A stretch of 64,000 bases of DNA from Actinomycetales bacterium (GCA_018970025.1 JAGWXF010000004.1:63485-127484), one strand, 5' to 3'. Shown: positions 12,223 to 22,221, numbered from the stretch's first letter. Numbers and translations: made by a program. Notes: generated from the sequence alone by a model not told the origin.

Positions 12223-13527
12223 TCAGGTGACGGTGATGACCGCCGCCCGGCGCTTGCCGCCACCGGCGACCACCAGGCGACACGTGCCCGCCTGCCGCAG
12301 CACCACCCGCTTGCCGGCCACGGTGCATACGGCCGGCGTGCGGCTCACTGCCCGGGCACTGCCGATCCGCAGCAAGGATCCAAGGGCGCGCACCGATACG
12401 GCCGTTCCGCGGCGTGCCTGCGTGGTTGCCACCACGATGGGTGCTGACGTCGCTGCTGGTCCCGCACCCAGCGGTCCGGACCCCTGCACGCTGAACGTTG
12501 CCGATGATCCGGCCCGCAGGCCGCTGATCGCGCAGCTGCGACCGGTCGTCCGGCACGTCGCACCCCCCGGCTGGGCGGTGACCGTCCACACGGTCGATCC
12601 AGCGCCGGTGCCAGCCGGCGGGGTCCAGGCAACCACCATCCGCCCGGCCCGAGCCGAGGCGGTGACGTCGGAGGGCGCGCCGGGTGGCGCTGACGCAACG
12701 TCCGCGGACTGCTGGATCCACGGCAGGAAGGTGGTCATCCGGGTGTACTCCCCTGGAAACGCCGCCACTGCGCAGTCCGAGCCACTGCTCGTCAGGCCTG
12801 CCAGGACGGGCACCCCTGCGGCGTCGACCACGAACGGCCCGCCGCTGTCGCCCTGGCAGGTGTCGCGGGAGCCATCCGGCATGCCGCCGCAGATGAGCAT
12901 GGTCGGGTCGAAGCCGGCACCGTACTGCCCGCAGGGAGCACCGGGGCCAGCGAGCACCTGCACGGCCGCGAGCAGCAGCTGGTCGGACGACTGCCCGCCG
13001 GTCGCCGTCGCCCCCCAGCCGGAGATGGTCGCCGGTGTGCCCGCGGCCGGCCAGGCAGCCCCGTCCTGGCCGAATGGCAGGGCGATCAGCCGGACATCGC
13101 CGGTGATGTCGACGGGCTTGGCCAAGGTGATCAGTGCGATGTCATTGGCGAAGGTGTCGGGCCGGTAGCCCGGATGGACGGTGATGCCAGCGATGGGCAG
13201 GCCCGTCTTCTTGGTGGCCGGGGTGATGCGCGACTCCCCGATCCAGGCCTTGACCGAACCCGGGCCCACCCCTGCCATGCAGTGCCCGGCCGTGACGATC
13301 GCCGTCGGGGTGATCAGGGAGCCCGAGCACAACGACTGGCCGTCGCCGCGGTCGATCAGGATCAGGGCCTGCCATGGGGAGTCCGACGCATTGATCGGGG
13401 TTCCGCCCACGACGGCCGGACGTGCCCACGCGGCCCCCATGGGGGCGGCCACGGCAGCTGCCGGCACGACCGTGCCGATCAGGCCGGCGATGACGCACCC
13501 CGCGACCAGTACTCGAGCAACCCTCAC
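12223..13527 (-). CDS. Secreted trypsin-like (S1) serine protease with C-terminal Fn3-like domain
   Basis: Signal peptide; VVGG, IVTAGHC, NDIALI, CQGDSGGP triad; C-terminal PGAPSDVTA...VAWTPP. Confidence 0.9.
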   Translation of the reverse strand: MRVARVLVAGCVIAGLIGTVVPAAAVAAPMGAAWARPAVVGGTPINASDSPWQALILIDRGDGQSLCSGSLITPTAIVTAGHCMAGVGPGSVKAWIGESRITPATKKTGLPIAGITVHPGYRPDTFANDIALITLAKPVDITGDVRLIALPFGQDGAAWPAAGTPATISGWGATATGGQSSDQLLLAAVQVLAGPGAPCGQYGAGFDPTMLICGGMPDGSRDTCQGDSGGPFVVDAAGVPVLAGLTSSGSDCAVAAFPGEYTRMTTFLPWIQQSADVASAPPGAPSDVTASARAGRMVVAWTPPAGTGAGSTVWTVTAQPGGATCRTTGRSCAISGLRAGSSATFSVQGSGPLGAGPAATSAPIVVATTQARRGTAVSVRALGSLLRIGSARAVSRTPAVCTVAGKRVVLRQAGTCRLVVAGGGKRRAAVITVT

Positions 13528-13558
13528 CTGGCGATCCCTTCATCCTCGACCAGTGGCA

Positions 13559-14782
13559 TCACAGCTGCGCGGTCACGCCCTTGCCCAGGACGACGATCCC
13601 GCCCTCGCTGACGGTGTACAGGCTCCGATCCCGCTCGAGGTCGACGCCGATCTGGGCACCGTCGGGCACCGTGACGTTCTTGTCGAGGATCGCTCGCCGG
13701 ATGACCACATTGCGGCCGATCCGCACCCCCGGCATCAGCACGCTGCCCTCAACGTACGCGCCCGAGCCGACGCTCACCGACGAGGCGATGACCGAGGTGC
13801 GCACATGGGCACCAGCGATGATCGTCCCGGCACCGACCATGGACTCGTGGGCGTTGCCGCCCTCGACGAACTTCGCCGGCGGCAGCGGGGGCAGGTTGCT
13901 CAGGATGGGCCAGCGACGGTTGTAGAGATTGAAGATCGGGTGGACGGACACCAAATCCATATGGGCATCGTGATAGCTGTCGAGGGTGCCGACGTCACGC
14001 CAGTAGCCGCGGTCGCGGTCGGTGGCACCCGGGACCTCATTGGCCTGGAAGTCGTAGACGCGTGCCTCGCCGAGGTCGGTCAGCATCGGGATGATGTTGG
14101 TGCCCATGTCGTGGATCGACGTGGGATCCGCGGAGTCGCCGCGCAGGGCATCGATGAGGGCCGCCGTGTTGAAGACGTAGTTGCCCATGGAGACATAGCA
14201 GTGCGCGTCGTCGCCCGGGATCGTCGGCGGCTCCGTTGGCTTCTCCAGGAAGCGCGAGATCTTGACGCCATCGGGGGCTGTCTGGATCACGCCGAACTGG
14301 TGGGCCTCCGACTTCGCCAGGCGGATGCCGGCGACGGTGACCGACGCACCGGAGTCGATATGCGCCTGGATCATCTGCATGGGATCCATGCGGTAGACGT
14401 GATCGGCGCCGAACACCACGACGTAATCCGGGTCCTCGTCATAGACCAGGTTCAGGCTCTGAAAGATGGCGTCGGCGCTGCCGGTGTACCACCGGGGGCC
14501 GAGTCGCTGCTGGGCCGGCACCGGGGTCACGTAGTCGCCCAGCAGGGTGGGCATCCGCCAGGTGGTGGTGATGTGGCGATCCAGGGAGTGGGACTTGTAC
14601 TGCGTCAGCACGCAGACCCGGCGCAGGCCCGCATTGATCAGGTTCGACAGCACGAAGTCGACGAGTCGGTAGGCCCCGCCGAATGGGACGGCCGGCTTGG
14701 CCCGATCGGCCGTCAGCGGCATCAGCCGCTTGCCCTCGCCGCCAGCGAGCACCATGGCGAGGACGCGCGGATCGCTTCCCAT
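13559..14782 (-). CDS. glgC: Glucose-1-phosphate adenylyltransferase
   Basis: [62 protein letters not shown]; GAGGAGG RBS. Confidence 0.96.
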   Translation of the reverse strand: MGSDPRVLAMVLAGGEGKRLMPLTADRAKPAVPFGGAYRLVDFVLSNLINAGLRRVCVLTQYKSHSLDRHITTTWRMPTLLGDYVTPVPAQQRLGPRWYTGSADAIFQSLNLVYDEDPDYVVVFGADHVYRMDPMQMIQAHIDSGASVTVAGIRLAKSEAHQFGVIQTAPDGVKISRFLEKPTEPPTIPGDDAHCYVSMGNYVFNTAALIDALRGDSADPTSIHDMGTNIIPMLTDLGEARVYDFQANEVPGATDRDRGYWRDVGTLDSYHDAHMDLVSVHPIFNLYNRRWPILSNLPPLPPAKFVEGGNAHESMVGAGTIIAGAHVRTSVIASSVSVGSGAYVEGSVLMPGVRIGRNVVIRRAILDKNVTVPDGAQIGVDLERDRSLYTVSEGGIVVLGKGVTAQL

Positions 14783-14921
14783 CGCGCCTCCTCGCCCCAC
14801 CGTGCCGGCGGACGCCGCCCACCATATCCCGCAGCGCAGGGTCGCACCGCCCGATCACGCGCATGCGCTCGACCGGTCGCTTGGCCGGCTGTCGATGCGT
14901 CGTCATCCCTATGCTCAGGCC

Positions 14922-16085
14922 GTGCGGATCGGGATCCTGACCCGGGAATGGCCACCGGAGGTCTACGGCGGGGCCGGGGTGCATGTCGAGCAGCTCGTTG
15001 CCCACCTGCGGCCCCTGGCCCAGGTGCAGGTGCACTGCTTCGGGGGCCCGCGGCCGGACGCGACCGGGCACCCGGTTCCGGCCGCCTTCGCCGACGCCAA
15101 CCCAGCACTGCAGACCCTGGCGGTGGACCTCGACATGGTGATGGCCACCGATGGGGTCGACCTGCTGCACTCGCATACCTGGTACGCCAACTTCGCCGGC
15201 CAGCTCGCCGGCCTGCTGTGGGGCGTCCCCCATGTCATCACTGCGCACTCCCTGGAGCCGCTGCGGCCGTGGAAGGCCGAGCAGCTCGGCGGCGGTTACC
15301 GGGTGTCGTCCTGGGTCGAGCGATCGGCCTATGCCCAGGCCGCGGCAATCATCGCCGTCAGCGCGGGCATGCGCGCCGACGTCCTCGCCGCCTATCCGGC
15401 CGTCGACCCGAGCAAGGTCCAGGTCGTGCACAACGGGATCGACACGGCTGTCTACCGCCCGCAGCACGATGAGACGGCATTTGTCGATGCTGTGATCGAC
15501 CCCGGCCGGCCGTACGTGCTGTTCGTCGGCCGCATCACCCGGCAGAAGGGCCTGGTCCACCTGCTGCGGGCGGCCCTGGACTTCGACGATGACATCGTCC
15601 TGGTGATGTGCGCGTCAGCGCCCGACACCCCTGAGATCGAGGCCGAGACGGCAGCCGCCGTCCGCGAGCTGCAGGCAGCACGGGGTGTCGACGGCGTGCG
15701 CTGGATCCAGGAGCAGGTCCCGCGCGAGCGGCTGATCCGGCTGTTCACGGGCGCCCTGGCCTTCGCCTGCCCGTCGGTGTACGAGCCACTGGGAATCGTC
15801 AACCTCGAGGCGATGGCCTGCCAGGTCCCCGTAGTGGCGAGCGATGTCGGGGGCATCCCGGAAGTCGTCGTGGACGGCCAGACGGGCCTGCTGGTGCACT
15901 ACGAGGCGGCCGATCCGGCTGCCTTCGAGGCCGGGCTGGCCGCGGCCGTCAACCGACTCGCAGCCGACCCCGCCCGCGCGACGGCCATGGGTGCCGCCGG
16001 CCGCCAGCGGGCCATCGAGCACTTCAGCTGGGATGCCATCGCCCGCCAGACCCTTGAGGTGTACCGAACGGTGCTCGGCGGATGA
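14922..16085 (+). CDS. glgM: GT4 glycogen synthase / alpha-maltose-1-phosphate synthase (actinobacterial GlgA/GlgM)
   Basis: TREWPPEVYGGAGVHV, HSHTWYA, HSLEPLRPWKAEQLGGGY, GRITRQKG, YEPLGIVNLEAM; divergent from glgC. Confidence 0.92.
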   Translation: MRIGILTREWPPEVYGGAGVHVEQLVAHLRPLAQVQVHCFGGPRPDATGHPVPAAFADANPALQTLAVDLDMVMATDGVDLLHSHTWYANFAGQLAGLLWGVPHVITAHSLEPLRPWKAEQLGGGYRVSSWVERSAYAQAAAIIAVSAGMRADVLAAYPAVDPSKVQVVHNGIDTAVYRPQHDETAFVDAVIDPGRPYVLFVGRITRQKGLVHLLRAALDFDDDIVLVMCASAPDTPEIEAETAAAVRELQAARGVDGVRWIQEQVPRERLIRLFTGALAFACPSVYEPLGIVNLEAMACQVPVVASDVGGIPEVVVDGQTGLLVHYEAADPAAFEAGLAAAVNRLAADPARATAMGAAGRQRAIEHFSWDAIARQTLEVYRTVLGG

Positions 16086-17035
16086 CCCAGGCGACCGAGC
16101 CCTCGGCCGGCACGATGTCGCCCCGAGGTGCGGCGACCGGATACGCGCTCTACCTGATCGCCGCCACCCTGTTCGCCATCAACGGCATCGTCGCCAAGTC
16201 GATCATGCTGACCGGGGTGGATGCCGCACGGCTGTCGCAGCTCCGGGTAACGGCCGCCTTCGTCGTGCTGCTGGTGTTCTTCGCGATCACCCGGCCCAGC
16301 GTCCTGCGGCTTCGGCGGTCGGAGATCGGCCTGCTGCTGGGCTACGGGATCGCCGGGCTGGCGATGACCCAGTGGGCCTACTTCGTCTCCCTGCAGACCC
16401 TCCCGGTCGGGATCGCGCTGCTCATCGAGTTCACGGCCCCGATCATGGTGGCGCTGTGGTTTCGCTTCGGGATGCGCCAGCCGACGCGCAATGCCGTCTG
16501 GCTGGCCCTGGTGATCGCCCTCGCCGGCCTTGCCCTGGTGGCGCAGATCTGGCAGGGGTTCACGCTCAGTCCGCGCGGCGTGGTGTTCGCCTTCGGCGCG
16601 GCCGTGGCCCTCGCGGTGTTCTACGTCCTCGGCGACCGGCAGATGCGGCAGCCAAATCCCCGCGATCCGGGGTCGCTGACCATGTGGGCCTTCGGCGCCG
16701 TCGCGGCGTTCTGGGCCATCGTCCAGCCGTGGTGGAGCTTCCCCTGGGGATCCTTCGCGCAGGACGGGGCAGCGATCGGGGCCGCCGGGTTCACCGTCCC
16801 GGTGTGGGGGCTCGCGACGTGCATGGTCATCCTCGGGACGGTCATCCCGTTCTGGCTCGTCCTGGCATCCCTGACCCGCATTCGCGCATCGCAGGCCTCC
16901 GTGGTCGGCATGACCGAGCCGCTGATCGCCATCGTGATCGCCTGGGTCGCCCTCGGCGAGTCGATGACGGCGATCCAGATCGCCGGCGCCCTGCTCGTCC
17001 TGGCCGGGGTCCTGACCGCTGAGCGCTCGCGCTGA
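16082..17035 (+). CDS. EamA/DMT family transporter
   Basis: About 10 hydrophobic helices; LPVGIALLIEFTAPI, ASVVGMTEPLIA. Confidence 0.88.
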   Translation: MTQATEPSAGTMSPRGAATGYALYLIAATLFAINGIVAKSIMLTGVDAARLSQLRVTAAFVVLLVFFAITRPSVLRLRRSEIGLLLGYGIAGLAMTQWAYFVSLQTLPVGIALLIEFTAPIMVALWFRFGMRQPTRNAVWLALVIALAGLALVAQIWQGFTLSPRGVVFAFGAAVALAVFYVLGDRQMRQPNPRDPGSLTMWAFGAVAAFWAIVQPWWSFPWGSFAQDGAAIGAAGFTVPVWGLATCMVILGTVIPFWLVLASLTRIRASQASVVGMTEPLIAIVIAWVALGESMTAIQIAGALLVLAGVLTAERSR

Positions 17036-17049
17036 CCTGTCGGGGTCGG

Positions 17050-18603
17050 GTGGATGGATATCCTCCGGCCGTGCAGGACCGGATCCCGACGAATCGGACG
17101 CAGGGGGTGTGCTTCCCCCTGGGCGGCGACGGGCAGCGCAGCACCCAGGCCACGGGTCGTGCCGTCTTCGCCGACTGCGTCCGCGGGGTCGATCCGGGCT
17201 TGGCCGAGCGCATTGAGCACACCAACGACTGGCGCCGCGGATACCTGGCGCCCCTTCGCGACATCGTGCAGGCCTCGGCCTCGTCCCCGGACGCCGCACT
17301 GGCGATCGCCCAGGCCGGCCTGGCATCGGTCTACCAGCGGTTCCGCTTCGGGGTCGGCGACAGCGAGGTCGCGATTCGGGACGCCATGACCAGCCCGGCG
17401 GATCCACCCCTGGGCTCGGCGGAAATCATCGGTCGTCAGGAGGCTCAGCCGGGATTCTCGCTGCCGTACCGGGGAACCCGCCTGTTCGGCCGGCAGGTCA
17501 CCGCGCTGGTCGACTCGTGGATCGACCGCGGGATCGCCGAGCCCGGGCTCGCCACCGCGATCGAGGAGGTCATGGACGACCCGCAGGTCCTTGACCTGCG
17601 TGGCATGCATGTCGCGGTGCTCGGCGCCGGGGCGCAGCTGGGGCCGACCCGCTCACTGCTGCGCTGGGGTGCCACGGTGCATGCGATCGACCTGCCCGGT
17701 GCTGCTTCCTGGCAGCGCCTCATCGCGATCGCCCGGAGCACGTCGGGCACCCTGCGCATTCCCATCAATGCCGACCGGCTCCCGTCGATCGCCCACGCGA
17801 TAGCCGAGGGCGTGCATCCGTCCGATGACGCAGGTGTCGCCCAGGCCGCCGGCGTCGACCTGGTCGGCCAAGCGCCCGGTATCGCCGTCTGGCTCGACGC
17901 GGTGAGCGGCCCGCTGGCCATCGGCAGCTATGCCTACGCGGACGGGGCCGCCCACGTCCTGCTCAGCGTCGCCAGCGACGCAATCGTCAGCACGCTCTGC
18001 CAGCGGCGCGCTGACCTGACCGTTGCCAGCCTGGCGACTCCCACCGATGCGTTCATCGTCCCTGCCGGCGCCGTCGACGCCTCACGAGCGCGGTGGGCGC
18101 AGCGCGGACTGGTCGGCGTGGCGCAGACACCGCTGCGGATCACCGGGGCCTTCCGGCCGAACTACCCGTCAAGCAGCCGATTGGGCGGCGGGACGGCCGT
18201 CCAGGACTCCCTGGTACCGCAGCAGGGGCCGAACTACGCACTTGCCAAGCGCATCCAGCGATGGCGAGCGCTGGTCGCCGCGACCGAGGGCCAGCGGGTG
18301 TCGATCAACCTCGCCCCAGCGACCCGGACTCGGTCGGTCGTCCGCAATCGCGTGCTCGCCGCCGCCTACGCCGGTGCCGATCACTTCGGCGTCGAGGTCT
18401 TTGACCCCGCCACGTCGACCGCCCTTATGGCCGCGCTGCTGGCCCGCGACCTCACCCGGCCCCGGCCGGTGCCGGTGCAGCCGCCGGGAATGGAGCCGTT
18501 CGCGCCAACGGCCGTGCACGGTGGGCTGTGGCGAACCGCCTACGCACCCCGATCCGTCCTCGGGATCGCCGCGATCCTCGGCGTCTTCGAGGCCCGTGCC
18601 TGA
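17050..18603 (+). CDS. Hypothetical protein with a Rossmann/SDR-like core
   Basis: 517-aa ORF; VAVLGAGAQLGP..LLRWGATVHAID and GPNYALAKR (YxxxK). Confidence 0.65.
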   Translation: MDGYPPAVQDRIPTNRTQGVCFPLGGDGQRSTQATGRAVFADCVRGVDPGLAERIEHTNDWRRGYLAPLRDIVQASASSPDAALAIAQAGLASVYQRFRFGVGDSEVAIRDAMTSPADPPLGSAEIIGRQEAQPGFSLPYRGTRLFGRQVTALVDSWIDRGIAEPGLATAIEEVMDDPQVLDLRGMHVAVLGAGAQLGPTRSLLRWGATVHAIDLPGAASWQRLIAIARSTSGTLRIPINADRLPSIAHAIAEGVHPSDDAGVAQAAGVDLVGQAPGIAVWLDAVSGPLAIGSYAYADGAAHVLLSVASDAIVSTLCQRRADLTVASLATPTDAFIVPAGAVDASRARWAQRGLVGVAQTPLRITGAFRPNYPSSSRLGGGTAVQDSLVPQQGPNYALAKRIQRWRALVAATEGQRVSINLAPATRTRSVVRNRVLAAAYAGADHFGVEVFDPATSTALMAALLARDLTRPRPVPVQPPGMEPFAPTAVHGGLWRTAYAPRSVLGIAAILGVFEARA

Positions 18604-18640
18604 CCGGCGCACGCTGCGCGGTCCGACGTACGGTGTCCGG

Positions 18641-19411
18641 ATGCGATCGGCTTCGTCCCGCATCCCGCGGATCCGCAGGGCTGCCGCCTGCGCCGCGATG
18701 GCAGCGCTGCTGATGCTCGGATGCTCGGCGATCAGCGTCCGGGCCGATGAGCCGCCGGCACCGGAGCAAGCCGATGCCTCGACGACGGCGCAGGAGACCG
18801 TCAGCGCCGACGCCTTCCCGCTGGTACCCCACGACCAGGGGCCGGCCGTTGCCGCTGCCCAGCGCCGGCTCGTCTGGCTCGGCGCCCGGATCGACGAGGA
18901 CGAGCTCGCCGAGCGGCGCTTCGGCCGCACCACAGGGGCGGCGATCAGGGACTTCCAGGTGAAGTTCTTCGGCGAGCACAACGGCCAGCTCGGCCGGACC
19001 ACCTGGAACCGGCTTCGCGAGCTCGCCGGACGGGTCGACGTGCTGCCGGCCGCCTGCGATCGGCACAAGGCGCTGTGCATCGACATGCGCCAGCGGGTCC
19101 TGCGCTACGTGGTCGACGGACAGGTGGCTCTCACCCTGGACGCCAGGTTCGGCATGCCCGGCAATGCGACCGCCCGCGGCTCCTTCCGTGTGCGCAGCAA
19201 GAGCCGTAACCACGTCTCCACCCGATACCGGACGTGGATGCCCTATGCCATGTTCTTCCATGGGGATCAGGCCGTCCACTACTCGCCGTACTTCGCCCGC
19301 GATGGCTACGACGGCGGGTCGCACGGATGCGTGAACCTGCGGGATCGAAGGGCCGCGGCCTGGCTGTTCGATCGCATCCCGATCGGCACCCCGGTGATCG
19401 TCTACGAGTAG
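18641..19411 (+). CDS. L,D-transpeptidase (YkuD) with peptidoglycan-binding domain
   Basis: Signal peptide; AQRRL..LG...FGRTTGAAIRDFQ; MPYAMFF, AVHYS, GSHGCVNL. Confidence 0.9.
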   Translation: MRSASSRIPRIRRAAACAAMAALLMLGCSAISVRADEPPAPEQADASTTAQETVSADAFPLVPHDQGPAVAAAQRRLVWLGARIDEDELAERRFGRTTGAAIRDFQVKFFGEHNGQLGRTTWNRLRELAGRVDVLPAACDRHKALCIDMRQRVLRYVVDGQVALTLDARFGMPGNATARGSFRVRSKSRNHVSTRYRTWMPYAMFFHGDQAVHYSPYFARDGYDGGSHGCVNLRDRRAAAWLFDRIPIGTPVIVYE

Positions 19412-19431
19412 GCAGCGACCTGGCCGAGCGT

Positions 19432-19510
19432 GGGAAAGCCCGTGCGGCTGGGGGGCTGGCGCACGGGCTTTCAGGGTCTTGCGACCCAGCCGCCCGGGGG
19501 GTGGGCGACG
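19432..19510 (-). ncRNA. 6C RNA-like small RNA
   Basis: Minus strand reads GTCGCCC-ACCCCCC-GGGCGGC, then GGGTC-GCAA-GACCC (GNRA tetraloop), then GAAAGCCCGTGCG-CCAGCCCCCCAGC-CGCACGGGCTTTC. That is two hairpins each with six consecutive C in the loop. A -10-like CACAAT lies at 19521-19516. Confidence 0.8.
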
Positions 19511-19618
19511 TTTCGATTGTGTCGCACTATCCGACTGATTGTCAGCAACTTCAGCACATCGTGCTATCGAGTTGCCCCCTACCGGCAGGCCACCTGCGCT
19601 CGAAGGGATGGATGCGCC

Positions 19619-20863
19619 CTACCGGCTGATCCCAGCAGCCACGCAGGCGTCCGCGGCCCGTGGCGCCTGGCACAGCACCGCGGCAGACACCAGGCCGGCC
19701 TCCACCACCGTCGCGAGATCCGATGCGAACACCGGCTGCGGCTGCAGCAGCACGCTGGGCACCGCGACCCCTGACCCGGCATCCGTCATGGTGCCGGTTG
19801 CCAGGCCGGCAATCGCACCACCGTCCCCGTTGATGATCGCCGTCGCCAGCGAGGCCACGGCCGCGGCCTCGGCCACGGGCGAGGTGAGCAGGGTCAGGCA
19901 CTGCTCGCCGAGCAGCACCCGCTGCAGCGCCGCCGGCGAGGATCCCACCCCGGCCACCGAGATCATGCCGTCGTTGCGCTTCAGCACCGACGTGACGGCA
20001 GCGGCAAGGCCGTCGCTGGCGGCCAGGACGCCGACCAGGTCGCTGTTGGCCATCGTCAGCATCCGCTCGAAGAGGGCGCCGCCAGAGGCAGGGCTCCAGC
20101 CCGGGACATCCTCGCTCGCCCGGACGAGGTAGCCGGCCGAGGTGAGCACCGGCAGGTACGCCTGCTTCATCGCGACCGCCGTCGTATCGTCAGCAGGCCC
20201 GTTCACCAGCGCGATCGGACCGTTCTCATTGCCGCGCTCACGCATGCAGCGCAGCAGTCCCTCGCCGAGGAGCTGCCCGGATGCGCCCGGGTCGGGCCCG
20301 ACGAAGAAGTTGGCCCGGCCCGCACTGGTCAGGTGATCGAGATCGATGACCGGGATGCCCGCCTGCTGCGCGATCGATATCGCCTCGGCGCCGCTGGCAT
20401 CGTCCGCGCTCGCGACGACCAGGACCTTCACGCCGCCTGCCACCAGCTCCCGCGCCAGGGCCGGGAAGCGGCTCGGGACCCCGCCGGCGTCGCGGATGTC
20501 GACCGCAAGGCCGTTCTCCGCGAACGCCCGCTCCAGGGCGGGTCGATCCAGGTCGCGCCAGCGACTGCCAGCCGCGGCATCCGGCAGGACGACGCCGACT
20601 GCCGGGCCCTGGGCCTGGGGCGCAGGGGAGGCGACCGCCGGCGAAACCTGCGCGGTCGGCTCACTGGACGCCTGGGGGGACGCCACGAAGCCGGCGCTGC
20701 CGGACGACGCCATTTCTGACGGCGACATTCCTGACGGCGACATTCCTGACGACGACATTCCTGACGGCGCCGGCACATCCTCAGCCGAGCTGCAACCGCC
20801 GGCACCGAGGACCAGGCAAGCCGCCAGCGCTGCCGGCAGGATCAGGGCCCCTGGTCGCCTCAC
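19619..20863 (-). CDS. Sugar ABC substrate-binding lipoprotein (XylF/ChvE-like), orphan
   Basis: Lipobox AGGC; VGVVLPD....RWRDLD, GIPVIDLD, GVLAASDGLA, ALQRVLLGEQ; no adjacent permease. Confidence 0.8.
   Translation of the reverse strand: MRRPGALILPAALAACLVLGAGGCSSAEDVPAPSGMSSSGMSPSGMSPSEMASSGSAGFVASPQASSEPTAQVSPAVASPAPQAQGPAVGVVLPDAAAGSRWRDLDRPALERAFAENGLAVDIRDAGGVPSRFPALARELVAGGVKVLVVASADDASGAEAISIAQQAGIPVIDLDHLTSAGRANFFVGPDPGASGQLLGEGLLRCMRERGNENGPIALVNGPADDTTAVAMKQAYLPVLTSAGYLVRASEDVPGWSPASGGALFERMLTMANSDLVGVLAASDGLAAAVTSVLKRNDGMISVAGVGSSPAALQRVLLGEQCLTLLTSPVAEAAAVASLATAIINGDGGAIAGLATGTMTDAGSGVAVPSVLLQPQPVFASDLATVVEAGLVSAAVLCQAPRAADACVAAGISR
20714..20770. repeat. 15-bp tandem repeat (about 3.5 copies) encoding GMSPS-like units
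   Basis: ttctgacggcgaca-ttcctgacggcgaca-ttcctgacgacgaca-ttcctgacggcg. Confidence 0.85.
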
Positions 20864-20926
20864 GTCGCTTCCTCCGCTGCGTCTGCCCGCCTGGCACCTC
20901 AGGGACGACGCCTGGCACCCGAGGTC

Positions 20927-21808
20927 CTATGGCTCGCACACTAGGCCGTCGCCATCGCGATCGACGTACCAGGCGTACTCCTCGTCGATCCCGCGACGGT
21001 AGGGACCGTACCCGGCTACGTTGGCAGCCCCGCACGTCCGAAAGCGAGGATCCGTTTCGCTGCCCGGTGTCTGATTTCCGGACGCCTGCGGGTCGGCCGG
21101 CTGCGTGCTCGGCGGCTCGGCCGCCGAGGACAGGCTGCGCGCGGCAAGCGCAGGGACGGCCATGAGCGGCGGGCAGCGGCGCAGGATGGCCGTCAGCACC
21201 GACTTCTCCCGGGTATCGACCGACAGTCGCCAGCGGAACTTCACCCCGACCCACTGCTTGGCATACGCGCACTGGGCTCGCGCCGGGAGCCACTCGGCGG
21301 GGTCACGGTCCCCCTTCGAGCGATTCGATCCAGCGGTGACGGCAATGAGGGAGTTGGCGTATCCGAGGTCGTTGGCATAGGCCTGCCTGGTGCGCGGCGA
21401 CCATCGCCATGCTCCCGAGTCCCAGGCCTCCTTCAGCGGCACCATGTGGTCGATATCGAAGGTGCCCGGGCTGCTGGTGGTTGCCGCGTCGTACGCCGAT
21501 GCCCAGGTGCCGCCGATGACCTGGCAGCCCGATCGAGTACCGCTGACCGCCTCGGCCTGGAGCACTTCCTGGCGGGTATCGCAGCCATCGCCATCGGCGT
21601 CCACCCAGTGGCGGAACAGGTCGCGCGAGTAGCCCGAGGCGGCCTCAGGCGCCACCGGCAGCGAGCCCAGCAGCTGCAGGGCCGGCTTGCGCTCAGCGGC
21701 GACTGCCTCCGAGGCCATGACACCGCAGGCCCCGGACGCTGCCAGGAGCGCCACCAGCACCGTGACGACGACCGACTCCCGCTGCCCGTCCGTTCCATGC
21801 CCCCACAT
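20927..21808 (-). CDS. Secreted HNH nuclease (DUF1524-like) with C-terminal Excalibur Ca-binding domain
   Basis: YSRDLFRHWVDADGDGCDTRQEVL, DIDHMVPLKEAW, YANDL, SNRSKGDRDPAEWLP; C-terminal FRTC...YAWYVDRDGDGLVCE. Confidence 0.88.
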   Translation of the reverse strand: MWGHGTDGQRESVVVTVLVALLAASGACGVMASEAVAAERKPALQLLGSLPVAPEAASGYSRDLFRHWVDADGDGCDTRQEVLQAEAVSGTRSGCQVIGGTWASAYDAATTSSPGTFDIDHMVPLKEAWDSGAWRWSPRTRQAYANDLGYANSLIAVTAGSNRSKGDRDPAEWLPARAQCAYAKQWVGVKFRWRLSVDTREKSVLTAILRRCPPLMAVPALAARSLSSAAEPPSTQPADPQASGNQTPGSETDPRFRTCGAANVAGYGPYRRGIDEEYAWYVDRDGDGLVCEP

Positions 21809-21831
21809 ATGCGCTCCCCCGTCATGGCCCG

Positions 21832-22089
21832 TTACTCGATCGCGGTGATCGTCTCGCTCTCGGCGATCAGGTTGGCATCCGCGTCGTAGACCTGCACGGT
21901 CTCGTCCTCGAGGATGACCCGGCCATCGGCATCGAGCACGTCGATGGTCTCATCAACGATCGATCCCTCGGGCATCGACGCCACGACCACGTCGTCGATC
22001 ACCGCGCCCAGCGGGTTTCCGTCCTCGTCGACGACGATGTCGACCTCGACGTCCTCGCCGATCTCGATCTCGTCATTCGCCTCGCCCAT
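21832..22089 (-). CDS. Small, very acidic hypothetical protein (85 aa)
   Basis: ATG after AGGAGAGG; MGEANDEIEIGEDVEVDIVVDEDG... Confidence 0.75.
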   Translation of the reverse strand: MGEANDEIEIGEDVEVDIVVDEDGNPLGAVIDDVVVASMPEGSIVDETIDVLDADGRVILEDETVQVYDADANLIAESETITAIE

Positions 22090-22221
22090 GGCGTGTCCTC
22101 TCCTGTCCGGTGCTTGCACCGAACCTGCGGCCGATCGCTGACCGCTGGCCGATCCAGCGGGGCGCGGAGGCCACAGCGTATGCCCCGGGCGGGATCCCGG
22201 AAGTGGCCATACAGTGAACGG

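Noticed and set aside
13181-15472. 763-aa plus-strand ORF and similar long antisense ORFs (3133-5208, 5247-6995, 38695-40620)
   Set aside because: They lie opposite well-supported genes, have no motifs, and reflect stop-codon scarcity in high-GC DNA.
20714-20770. Short tandem repeats (also 23257, 55580, 62215) as a CRISPR array
   Set aside because: They are in-frame coding repeats without unique spacers, and no cas genes are present.
20927-21808. HNH/DUF1524 protein as a GmrSD restriction or defence system
   Set aside because: It has an export signal and an Excalibur domain and no DUF262 partner, which fits a secreted nuclease better.
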